From contig JBBRAH010000010.1 in NCBI GenBank assembly GCA_038206985.1, positions 8,908-72,907 on the forward strand: a stretch of DNA of 64,000 nt. Reading direction: 5' to 3'. A model generated the notes under the pieces. It did not search any database. It saw nothing but the letters and a program-made list of their open reading frames with translations, and had not been told where the DNA came from. The stretch is from Solirubrobacterales bacterium (GTDB taxonomy: Bacteria > Actinomycetota > Thermoleophilia > Solirubrobacterales > 70-9). The position numbers and the translations under genes were made by a program. Below, piece by piece: positions 25,524-33,102 of the stretch (the first letter of the stretch is position 1; each line of letters starts with the position of its first letter).

Positions 25524-26042
25524 TCACTCGACCTGCTCGATATCACCCAGCTCGAGAACCTCAGGCAGAGAGCCCGTGACCCGGACGAGTCCGGCGCCAA
25601 GCTCGAGTTCGAACTGTCGGTCGTCCCATTCGAAGCGATCTATGTTGCCCCAGTCACGCTCCCCTGCTGCATCCATAGCCGGCTGGCTGGGAGGGTGAAC
25701 CCACTCAACGTCGTCGGGCTCCCGGAACACGATCTGGACGCGGAGGTACGACTCGATCTCGCCGGCCCGGCGTGGGCGCCAAGAGCGGTGTTGAGTTGTC
25801 AGCGCCGCCTCAACATCGACCGAGAAGCCCCGCGACCACTCCTGCCAACCCCGCACCCAGGATGACTCGAGAACAATCTGTTCAAGTCCTGCGAGTTCGG
25901 TGTAGGGACGCACGCGGCTAGCGTAGATCCCGGCACTTGATGGCGCTATCTGACCCATCTGGGGGAGGTGGATTCCGCGGCGCTCGGTGCGAGCGAGCGA
26001 TCCCGGTGAACGCGCGAGAAACACCGTCGCCTTGGCAGTCAA
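25524..26042 (-). CDS. Hypothetical protein, no recognisable family
   Basis: ORF 25524..26042. The C-terminal two thirds look protein-like (YTELAGLEQIVLESSWVRGWQEWSRGFSVDVEAAL...VQIVFREPDDVEWVHPP...DRFEWDDRQFELELGAGLVRVTG). The true start may be an internal Met (MGQIAPS). Confidence 0.45.
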   Translation of the reverse strand: MTAKATVFLARSPGSLARTERRGIHLPQMGQIAPSSAGIYASRVRPYTELAGLEQIVLESSWVRGWQEWSRGFSVDVEAALTTQHRSWRPRRAGEIESYLRVQIVFREPDDVEWVHPPSQPAMDAAGERDWGNIDRFEWDDRQFELELGAGLVRVTGSLPEVLELGDIEQVE

Positions 26043-26088
26043 CGGACCCGCTTGATCTCGTCCAAAGACTTCGACATACTGTGTCGGT

Positions 26089-26307
26089 ATGACTCATCGG
26101 GTAGGAACAAAGGGGCAGATCGTCATCCCCAAGGGGTTGCGAGAGCGTCGGGGGCTGGCGCCGGGCTCCTCGGTCGACTTCGAGGAACGTGAGGATGGCG
26201 TGCTGATCCGGGCAGCCGAGTCCGGGGGCGGCGATCTGCGGGGTCGCTACCAACACTCGGGGATGGCCCAGAGGCTGCTTGAGGATCGCGCGCGCGAGCC
26301 GCGGTGA
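26089..26307 (+). CDS. vapB: AbrB/MazE/SpoVT-family antitoxin (VapB)
   Basis: VGTKGQIVIPKGLRERRGLAPGSSVDFEEREDGVLI is the SpoVT_AbrB swapped-hairpin motif. It overlaps the PIN gene (ATGA-type overlap). Confidence 0.8.
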   Translation: MTHRVGTKGQIVIPKGLRERRGLAPGSSVDFEEREDGVLIRAAESGGGDLRGRYQHSGMAQRLLEDRAREPR

Positions 26308-26699
26308 TCAGCTGTCTGGATTCGTGGGCGGTGCTGGCCTGGCTCGACGGCGAGGAGCCGGCCGCGGCCCATGTGCAGGCCACGTTCGATCAGGGCCGAC
26401 CGTTGATCAGCTGGATCAACCTGGTGGAGGTCGAGTACCAGCTGCGCCGCCGACACGGCGCGGAGGAGGCGGCGCGGACGCTCGACGCGCTCCGGGAGCT
26501 CGTCGACGAGGAGCTCCCGGGTGTGAGCCGAATGCGCGCGGTTGCGGCGCTCAAGGCCGAGCATCCGATCGCCCTCGCTGATTGTTTCGCGATCGCAGCC
26601 GCCGCCGCAGCTGGCGCTGAGCTGATCACCGGCGATCCCGAGATCACCGAGCGCGCCGGCCAGCTGCCGTGCGACGTGGTCGACGCGCGCCTGGGATGA
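26304..26699 (+). CDS. vapC: PIN-domain toxin (VapC)
   Basis: The conserved acidic positions are present: LDSWAVLAWL (D6), NLVEVEY, ALADCFAIAAA and ELITGDPE. Confidence 0.8.
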   Translation: MISCLDSWAVLAWLDGEEPAAAHVQATFDQGRPLISWINLVEVEYQLRRRHGAEEAARTLDALRELVDEELPGVSRMRAVAALKAEHPIALADCFAIAAAAAAGAELITGDPEITERAGQLPCDVVDARLG

Positions 26700-26740
26700 G
26701 TGTTGGTTTCGGCGCCGGGTTGCTCCGGGCGCTCGGAGTG

Positions 26741-26760
26741 TGCAGTTGCGCGAGAAGGCA
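26741..26760 (+). repeat. Short intergenic motif copy 3 (TGCAGTTGCGCGAGAAGGCA)
   Basis: It lies between the VapC stop and the RelE/ParE stop, preceded by an imperfect GC hairpin (GCGCCGGG ttgct CCGGGCGC). Confidence 0.5.
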
Positions 26761-26787
26761 CACAGAACCTCGAACCGGCCGGCGTGC

Positions 26788-27051
26788 CTACCGCGGATCG
26801 GTTCGATAGGCCGCACCCCGGTGACGGATTGCGATGACGCGGGCGGTCTTTCCGTCATCGACGAGCTGGTAGATGATCCGAAAGGTCCCCACGCGGAGGG
26901 ACATCAGCCCACTGAGGCGTCCGCGGAGAAGGTGGCCCGCGTGCGGCTCGCGCTCGAGCAGTCCGAGCGCCTCCTCGATTGCATCGATCAGCGGCCAGCC
27001 GAGCTGCAGCAGCTCCCGCCGAGCCCGGCGGGACAACACGACCCGGGCCAC
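26788..27051 (-). CDS. RelE/ParE-family toxin
   Basis: It reads ARRELLQLGWPLIDAIEEALGLLEREPHAGHLLRGRLSGLMSLRVGTFRIIYQLVDDGKTARVIAIRHR. Confidence 0.8.
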   Translation of the reverse strand: MARVVLSRRARRELLQLGWPLIDAIEEALGLLEREPHAGHLLRGRLSGLMSLRVGTFRIIYQLVDDGKTARVIAIRHRGAAYRTDPR

Positions 27052-27057
27052 CGTCGA

Positions 27058-27339
27058 TCAGCCGTCGCGACGCTCCGCGAGCTCAGCGCGCAGCTCGGAG
27101 AGCTCGACATGCTCCCCTCGCTCGAGCTCTGAGAGTCCCTCCTCGAGTGCGGTGATCGCATCGGGGTCGGAGAGGATCTCGGCAGTCTCCTCCAGGGCGT
27201 CGTACTCGTCGATGGGGACCAGGGCGGCTGCTGGCTTTCCGTTGCGGGTGACCAGGACATGGTCGCGGCGATCAGCGACGTCACTGAGAAGCCTTGACAG
27301 GTTGCTGCGGAACTCGCGCACGGGGACGGTCTGAGACAT
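27058..27339 (-). CDS. phd: Phd/YefM-family antitoxin
   Basis: ATG at 27339. It reads MSQTVPVREFRSNLSRLLSDVADRRDHVLVTRNGKPAAALVPIDEYDALEETAEIL. It ends 6 nt upstream of the toxin start. Confidence 0.85.
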   Translation of the reverse strand: MSQTVPVREFRSNLSRLLSDVADRRDHVLVTRNGKPAAALVPIDEYDALEETAEILSDPDAITALEEGLSELERGEHVELSELRAELAERRDG

Positions 27340-27632
27340 CGGAGCAAGTGTACGCATCTGCGTACACGGAGTCAATGGTGCTTCGAACGTCGTGGCAGCC
27401 GGATCCCAGGCCGGTGCCTCCCGCGAGGAGACACACCAAGAACGGCGCGCCTGCCCCCCCCCACGCTGCAGGGAGCGCGTCGGTCCGATCCAGCGCTGCC
27501 GAAAGAGAAACGGGGCCATGAGGCCCCGTTGCCACCACATTATGGCACGCGGAGGGCTTGTTTCAAGGCCCTGCGCGCGTGTAAAAGACCGAGGCCGTTG
27601 CGGAACGACGAATATCGGAATGGAGGAACTGG

Positions 27633-29177
27633 ATGACGGTAAGTGAGCACGCGGTGGTTATCGCCGGAGGAGGTCCGACCGGCTTGATGCTGGCCGGCGA
27701 GTTGGCGTTGGCGGAGGTCGATGTCGCCATCGTCGAGCGCCGCCCCGTTCAGGAGCTCGCCGGCTCGCGCGCCGGTGGCCTTCAATCGCGCACGCTCGAG
27801 GTGTTCGATCAGCGCGGAATCGCCGAGCGGTTCCTTTCCGAGGGTCAGCCGGCGCAGGTCCAGAGCTTCGGCGGGATCCAGCTCGAGATCAGCGACTTCC
27901 CCACCCGGCACCCCTACGGACTCGCGCTGTGGCAGAACCACATCGAGCGGATACTGGCCGGCTGGGTCGATGAGCTGGCGGTGCCGATCCTTCGCGGGCG
28001 CGAGGTGACGGGCTACACGCAGGACGACAGCGGAGTCGATGTCGAGCTGTCCGACGGCCACTCGATTTGCGGGGAGTACCTCGTCGGGTGCGACGGAGGG
28101 CGCAGCGCGGTCCGCCAGGCATCGGGCATCGAATTCCCCGGATGGGAGGCGACGAGAAGCAACCTGATCGCCGAGGCGAAGATGACCGAGGAGCCGGAGC
28201 TGGGCATCCGCCGTGACGCCCGCGGCACCCACGGCATCGGCCGGGTCGAGTACGAGATACGTGACGGCGAGGTTGTCTTCGCGAATCGGGGGCCGGTGCG
28301 GGTCACGCTGGCGGAAGCGGAGGTCGGAGGCACCGGCGAACCGACCCTGCGTGATCTCAGCGAGGTGCTGGTCGCCGTTTACGGGACGGACTACGGCATC
28401 CACAGCCCCACCTGGATTTCAAGGTTCACCGACGCTACGCGTCAGGCCGCCAGGTACCGGAAAGGCCGGGTCCTGCTGGCCGGCGACGCCGCACACGTGC
28501 ACTACCCGGTAGGTGGGCACGGCCTCAGCATCGGTGTGCAGGATGCGGTGAACCTCGGCTGGAAGCTGGCTCAGGTGGTCACGGGAACCTCGCCTGAAAG
28601 TCTCCTGGATACCTACCACGCCGAGCGACACCCAGTCGCTGCCCGCCTATTGCGGAGCACGATGGCGCAGACCGCGCTGATGCGCTCCGATGAGCGCATC
28701 GAGGCCTTGCGGGACAGCGTCTCGGAGTTGTTGCGCATGGACGAGCCGCGCAAGCGGTTCGGGGGGATGCTCTCGGGCCTCGACACCCACTACGACCTCG
28801 GCGACGGGCATCCGCTACTCGGACGCCGTATGCCCGATCTCGACATCCTCACCGCCGGTGGCCGGGTGCGCGTGGTCGAGTTGTTGCACAGCGCCAGGCC
28901 GGTACTGCTGAACCTCGGTGAGCCCGGCCGCTTCGATACCGCGGGATGGGTGGACCGGGTCCAGCTGGTTGATGCCGGCTGCGAGGGAGCCTGGGAGCTT
29001 CCGGTGCTCGGCGAAGTCGCGGCTCCCACTGCCGTGCTGATCCGGCCAGATGGATACGTCGCCTGGGTGTCGAGCGGCTCCGAGTCGGGCCTCACGGATG
29101 CGCTGACTGCCTGGCTCGGCCCGCCGGCCCACGCCGAGCCGAGCGAGCCGCCAGCTCAGCTGAAGCCGGGTTTGTAA
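27633..29177 (+). CDS. Group A FAD-dependent aromatic monooxygenase, rifampin monooxygenase (Rox/RIFMO)-like
   Basis: The motifs are VVIAGGGPTGLMLAGELAL, LVGCDGGRSAVR and RVLLAGDAAHVHYPVGGHGLSIGVQDAVNLGWKL. The C-terminal YDLGDGHPLLGRRMPDLDI and IRPDGYVAWV resemble my memory of Nocardia RIFMO. Confidence 0.8.
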   Translation: MTVSEHAVVIAGGGPTGLMLAGELALAEVDVAIVERRPVQELAGSRAGGLQSRTLEVFDQRGIAERFLSEGQPAQVQSFGGIQLEISDFPTRHPYGLALWQNHIERILAGWVDELAVPILRGREVTGYTQDDSGVDVELSDGHSICGEYLVGCDGGRSAVRQASGIEFPGWEATRSNLIAEAKMTEEPELGIRRDARGTHGIGRVEYEIRDGEVVFANRGPVRVTLAEAEVGGTGEPTLRDLSEVLVAVYGTDYGIHSPTWISRFTDATRQAARYRKGRVLLAGDAAHVHYPVGGHGLSIGVQDAVNLGWKLAQVVTGTSPESLLDTYHAERHPVAARLLRSTMAQTALMRSDERIEALRDSVSELLRMDEPRKRFGGMLSGLDTHYDLGDGHPLLGRRMPDLDILTAGGRVRVVELLHSARPVLLNLGEPGRFDTAGWVDRVQLVDAGCEGAWELPVLGEVAAPTAVLIRPDGYVAWVSSGSESGLTDALTAWLGPPAHAEPSEPPAQLKPGL

Positions 29178-29971
29178 GCCTTCAGGCAGCCCTCGAGGCC
29201 GCGGCGCAGGCCGGTGCCGAGGGCGCGGCGGCGTTCGACGGCGCGGCCGTGGGCCTGGGGGTTCTGCCAGGGCAGGCCGCGTGGGTCGGCGACGTTGAGG
29301 ACGCCGATGTAGAGGGCCTCGAAGTCGGCGCGGGTGAGCCGGGCGACATCCTGGTTGACCTTGCCGAACCAGGCGCCGGCCAGGCAGTCGGCGTTGAGCT
29401 CGGCCTCGATGGTGAGCTTGAACTTGTTCTGGATCTTGAGCTTGTCCTGGACGAAGTGGCCGTACTCGTGGGCCAACAGGAAGGCGACCGCCGAGGGTCC
29501 GACCTTGCGGTAGAGGTCGCCGTAAAGCCAGCGCGCGTCCCAGGAGATCGAGGTGTTGACCGGGCAGTACTGGGCGTTCTGGGGCACCACCCGTTGGCCG
29601 CCGCAGTTGATGTCGTCGGTGCGGCCCTCGTAGGAGACGAGCCGCTTGGGGACCACTGCCTCGGCCCCCTGGTCGGCGAGCTTGGCCTTCCAGAAATCGC
29701 CGAGGCGGCCGAACGTGTCGGTCACGAGCTGCCGGTAGCCGGGCGGGCCGGCGGGGTTCTCGACGGCCGGCAGATCGGTGGGGGCGGAGTTGTCAGTACC
29801 GGTCTCGACGTTCGCTGAACAGCCACCGAGGCCGACGGCGAGGACCAGCGCGGCGCACGCCAGGAGGCGGGCAACCGACCTCTCTCCCGACCGAGGATCG
29901 CTGGCTTGCACCGCGACAGCATCGCAGCGCTGGCCGACACAGTGGCTTGCCGGGGGCAGAAACCGGCTCAC
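29156..29971 (-). CDS. Neutral zinc metallopeptidase-family lipoprotein (YpfJ-like)
   Basis: The lipobox is LAVGLGGCS, the zinc motif is LLAHEYGHFVQ, and NADCLAGAW is typical of the Zn_peptidase family. The start is GTG at 29971 or 29911. Confidence 0.75.
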   Translation of the reverse strand: MSRFLPPASHCVGQRCDAVAVQASDPRSGERSVARLLACAALVLAVGLGGCSANVETGTDNSAPTDLPAVENPAGPPGYRQLVTDTFGRLGDFWKAKLADQGAEAVVPKRLVSYEGRTDDINCGGQRVVPQNAQYCPVNTSISWDARWLYGDLYRKVGPSAVAFLLAHEYGHFVQDKLKIQNKFKLTIEAELNADCLAGAWFGKVNQDVARLTRADFEALYIGVLNVADPRGLPWQNPQAHGRAVERRRALGTGLRRGLEGCLKAYKPGFS

Positions 29972-30120
29972 ACCGCTAATCTCGTGTCTCCGGAACGCGC
30001 CGCATCCGCCTCAGACGCGAGGCCAGCCGCGACGCGTCCCGATTGTGCCGCGCCCGCGCGCGTCCCACTGAGCACCCACCGAGCAAGCACCAGACAGAGC
30101 TAGGAGCCCTAGAACAACCT

Positions 30121-31188
30121 ATGAGCGACAAGACCCTCACCCTCTCCGCCCGCCAGACCGCAGACTTCGAACTACTCGCCAACGGTGGCTTCGCGCCCCT
30201 GAAGGGCTTCATGGGCTCCGACGACTGGAAGTCCGTCGTGCACGACATGACCCTCTCCGACGGCGCCGAGGTCTGGCCGATCCCGGTCGTCCTCGCGACC
30301 GACCTCGACGCCTCCGAGGGCGACGTGGTCGAGCTCTCCGCCGACAACGGCAAGGCGCTCGGTCGCATCCGCGTCTCCGAGGTGTTCGAGCGCGACGTCA
30401 AGGTCGAGGCCGAGAACGTCTTCCGGACCACCGACGAGGCCCACCCCGGCGTCGCCGCCACCTACGAGGAGGGCAACCGTTGCCTCGCCGGTGAGATCGA
30501 GGCCGACGCCGCCCCCGACCACGAGGAAGCGTTCATGCGGCGCTACTTCACTCCCGAGGAGTCCCGCAAGGAGTTCGCCGACCGCGGCTGGAAGCGGATC
30601 GTCGCCTTCCAGACCCGCAACCCGATCCATCGCGCCCACGAGTATCTGACCAAGGCGGCGCTCGAGGTCTGCGACGGCCTCTTCCTGCACCCGCTGATCG
30701 GCGAGACCAAGAAGGGCGACATCCCCGCTGACGTGCGGATGAAGTGCTACGAGGTCCTGATGGAAAACTACTACCCGAACGACCGGGTGGTTCTCGGTGT
30801 CAACCCGGCGGCCATGCGTTACGCCGGTCCCCGCGAGGCGATCTTCCACGCTGTCGTGCGGCGCAACTACGGCGCCACGCACTTCATCGTCGGGCGCGAC
30901 CACGCGGGCGTCGGTGACTACTACGGCACCTACGACGCGCAGGCGATCTTCGACGAGGTCGACATCGACAAGCTGGGCATCCGCCCGCTGATGTTCGAGC
31001 ACACCTTCTGGTGCTACAAGTGCGAGGGCTTGGGCTCACACAAGACCTGCCCCCACACGCCCGAGGATCGGCTCTTCCTCTCGGGGACCAAGGTCCGCGA
31101 GATGCTCGAGGCCGGCGAGGCTCCGCCCCCGGAGTTCTCCCGCCACGAGGTCGCCGAGATCCTGATCGACGCCTACAAGGACCTCTAG
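30121..31188 (+). CDS. sat: Sulfate adenylyltransferase (homo-oligomeric ATP sulfurylase)
   Basis: ATG at 30121. The motifs are [26 protein letters not shown] and [11 protein letters not shown]. Confidence 0.9.
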   Translation: MSDKTLTLSARQTADFELLANGGFAPLKGFMGSDDWKSVVHDMTLSDGAEVWPIPVVLATDLDASEGDVVELSADNGKALGRIRVSEVFERDVKVEAENVFRTTDEAHPGVAATYEEGNRCLAGEIEADAAPDHEEAFMRRYFTPEESRKEFADRGWKRIVAFQTRNPIHRAHEYLTKAALEVCDGLFLHPLIGETKKGDIPADVRMKCYEVLMENYYPNDRVVLGVNPAAMRYAGPREAIFHAVVRRNYGATHFIVGRDHAGVGDYYGTYDAQAIFDEVDIDKLGIRPLMFEHTFWCYKCEGLGSHKTCPHTPEDRLFLSGTKVREMLEAGEAPPPEFSRHEVAEILIDAYKDL

Positions 31189-31276
31189 GCCAACCGCCTC
31201 GGGACTCCAGCAACGTCAACGCCGCCGGCCACCGGGGTCGGCGGCCGTCAAACCGCAAGAACAAGGAGACACCTAC

Positions 31277-31837
31277 ATGTCTGACAGCAACGGCCACAAG
31301 GGATTCACCCTCTGGATGACCGGCCTCTCCGGCTCCGGCAAGTCCACCATCACCGAGGTGCTGATCGACACCTTCGAGGAGCGCGGCATCCCGCTCGAGG
31401 TCCTCGACGGCGACGTCGTCCGCGAGAACCTCTCCAAGGGCCTCGGCTTCTCCAAGGAGGACCGCGACACCAACATCACCCGGATCGGCTTCGTCGCCGA
31501 CATGCTCGCCCGCAACGGCGTCCCGGTGATCACCGCCGCGATCTCCCCCTACATCGAGACCCGCGACGCGGTCCGCAAGATGCACGACGGCAGCGGCGCC
31601 ACGTTCGTCGAGACGTTCATCGCCACCTCGCTCGAGGACTGCGAGGAGCGCGACGTCAAGGGCCTCTACGCGAAGGCCCGCTCGGGTGAGATCCCGACCT
31701 TCACCGGCGTCTCCGACCCCTACGAGGCACCGGAGAACCCGGAGCTGACCGTCGAGACCTCCGGTAAGACTCCCGAGGAGTCCGCCGCCGATGTCATCTC
31801 CTACCTCGAGTCCGAGGGCCTGATCCCGGCCTCCTGA
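31277..31837 (+). CDS. cysC: Adenylylsulfate (APS) kinase
   Basis: It reads LWMTGLSGSGKSTI, LDGDVVRENLSKGLGFSKEDRDTNI and ISPY. An AAGGAG Shine-Dalgarno lies upstream. Confidence 0.95.
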   Translation: MSDSNGHKGFTLWMTGLSGSGKSTITEVLIDTFEERGIPLEVLDGDVVRENLSKGLGFSKEDRDTNITRIGFVADMLARNGVPVITAAISPYIETRDAVRKMHDGSGATFVETFIATSLEDCEERDVKGLYAKARSGEIPTFTGVSDPYEAPENPELTVETSGKTPEESAADVISYLESEGLIPAS

Positions 31838-31863
31838 TCGCCGGGTAACGCACCAATTGCCGG

Positions 31864-31896
31864 AAAGGGCGGGCTCTGGCCCGCCCTTTCTTTTCC
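31864..31896 (+). terminator. Rho-independent terminator after cysC
   Basis: The stem is AAAGGGCGGGC-tctg-GCCCGCCCTTT (11 bp perfect), followed by CTTTTCC, 27 nt after the cysC stop. Confidence 0.75.
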
Positions 31897-31934
31897 CACC
31901 GGCGCAGCCCGGTACCGCTGTATCGTGGCTACTG

Positions 31935-32303
31935 ATGGAGCCCGAGAACACAGCGGAGCGCTTTGACACCGCTGCCGCCGCGATCGGCCTGATGGTCGGG
32001 ATCGGCGGGATGTTCTTTCCCAGGCTGCTGCTGCGGGCCTACGGCGCAGATCCGGATCAGCTGAACGGCACGGGGATGTTCGGCTGGCGACTGTTCGCGA
32101 TCCGCAACATCTTTGTTGCCGGGGCCGCCCTCGCCGGCAACAAGCAGGCGCGCGATACGGTCTTCGTGCTCCAGGGCCCAGACCTCCTGCTCTTCGCTCA
32201 CTGTTACCGCACCCGATCGATTCCGCGCATTACCTCTGCGCTGGCGATGGTCTCGGCGGGATTGGTGGCGACGCTCGGGCTGCTCGCCCGCGCCGGGCGC
32301 TGA
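31935..32303 (+). CDS. Small hydrophobic hypothetical membrane protein
   Basis: ORF 31857..32303. ATG at 31935 was chosen because it lies downstream of the terminator. There are 3-4 hydrophobic segments. Confidence 0.5.
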   Translation: MEPENTAERFDTAAAAIGLMVGIGGMFFPRLLLRAYGADPDQLNGTGMFGWRLFAIRNIFVAGAALAGNKQARDTVFVLQGPDLLLFAHCYRTRSIPRITSALAMVSAGLVATLGLLARAGR

Positions 32304-32330
32304 GCCGCGCCGGGCGCCTGACCTCTGCCG

Positions 32331-33089
32331 ATGCCGGGCCAAGACGAACACGACCCCTTCGATGACCGGCCGCCACTGCTGCCGCTCTTCACCACCCTGG
32401 CCGGCATCGTGCTGATCATCGGCACGGTCGCGCTGATCCCGCCGCTGCGGGAGGCGGCGGAGAACGCGATCAGCGGCGACACCGAGGCCCTGCGGTCCGA
32501 ACTCGATGGTCCGGCCGGCCTGCTCACCCTGCTCGTGCTCTCAATCCTGCACTCGGTGATCTTCTACCCGGCCGAGATCCTCGACGCCGCCGCCGGCTTC
32601 GTCTGGGGTTTCTGGCTCGGACTGCTGCTGGTGATGGTGGGCTGGATGATCAACGCCTACATCGCCTGGGAGATCGGCCGCCACGGCGCCCGCCCCGTCC
32701 TCTATCGGCTGATCGGGCGGGAGCGCTTCCTGGCGATGGAGGCCGCGATCGAACGCGGTGGTGTCTTTCTGCTGCTCGCGGTGCGGCTGATCCCGATCGT
32801 GCCGTTCAGCCTCTTCACGATCGTCGCCGGCGCCGCGCACGTACCGCTGCCGCGGCTGATGTGGACGACGGCTGTCGGCTACATTCCGATCACGGCGCTG
32901 TTCGTCTACCTGGGGACCCAGCTCGAGGAGCTCTCACCGACCAACCCGATCCTGATCGGCGGAGGAATCGCGCTGCTGGCGATCATCTACTTCGCCCATC
33001 GACTGCGGCACCGGCTGTTCGGCCCGGCGCGGGCGTCGGCTGTGGCGGAGCCCGGGACAACCGGCGCCGACGGCCCGAGCCCGGATTAG
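32331..33089 (+). CDS. TVP38/TMEM64 (DedA-related, SNARE-associated) family membrane protein
   Basis: It reads FYPAEILDAAAGFVWGFWLG...LLAVRLIPIVPFSLFTIVAGAAHVPL... Confidence 0.8.
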   Translation: MPGQDEHDPFDDRPPLLPLFTTLAGIVLIIGTVALIPPLREAAENAISGDTEALRSELDGPAGLLTLLVLSILHSVIFYPAEILDAAAGFVWGFWLGLLLVMVGWMINAYIAWEIGRHGARPVLYRLIGRERFLAMEAAIERGGVFLLLAVRLIPIVPFSLFTIVAGAAHVPLPRLMWTTAVGYIPITALFVYLGTQLEELSPTNPILIGGGIALLAIIYFAHRLRHRLFGPARASAVAEPGTTGADGPSPD

Positions 33090-33102
33090 ACTCGGTCACG
33101 AG

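Noticed and set aside
25488-27132. Two plus-strand ORFs both beginning MQLREK (25488-25865 and 26740-27132), as if paralogous genes
   Set aside because: The shared N-terminus is simply the repeated 20-nt intergenic motif. Downstream, the ORFs are unrelated and run antisense to better-supported genes (the hypothetical at 25524-26042 and the RelE/ParE toxin).
23990-27632. Idea that the islet is a chromosomal integron cassette array, with the repeated motif serving as attC sites
   Set aside because: There is no IntI integrase or attI. The genes are in mixed orientation. The motif does not fit the GTTRRRY core (GTTGCGC has C at the second R position) and has no obvious imperfect inverted-repeat partner.
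29156-29177. Convergent gene-end overlaps (also 4240-4243, 10452-10468 and 17217-17227) as possible antisense regulatory features
   Set aside because: Short 3' overlaps of convergent genes are common in compact GC-rich genomes. They may partly reflect stop-codon scarcity, and there is no further evidence of function.
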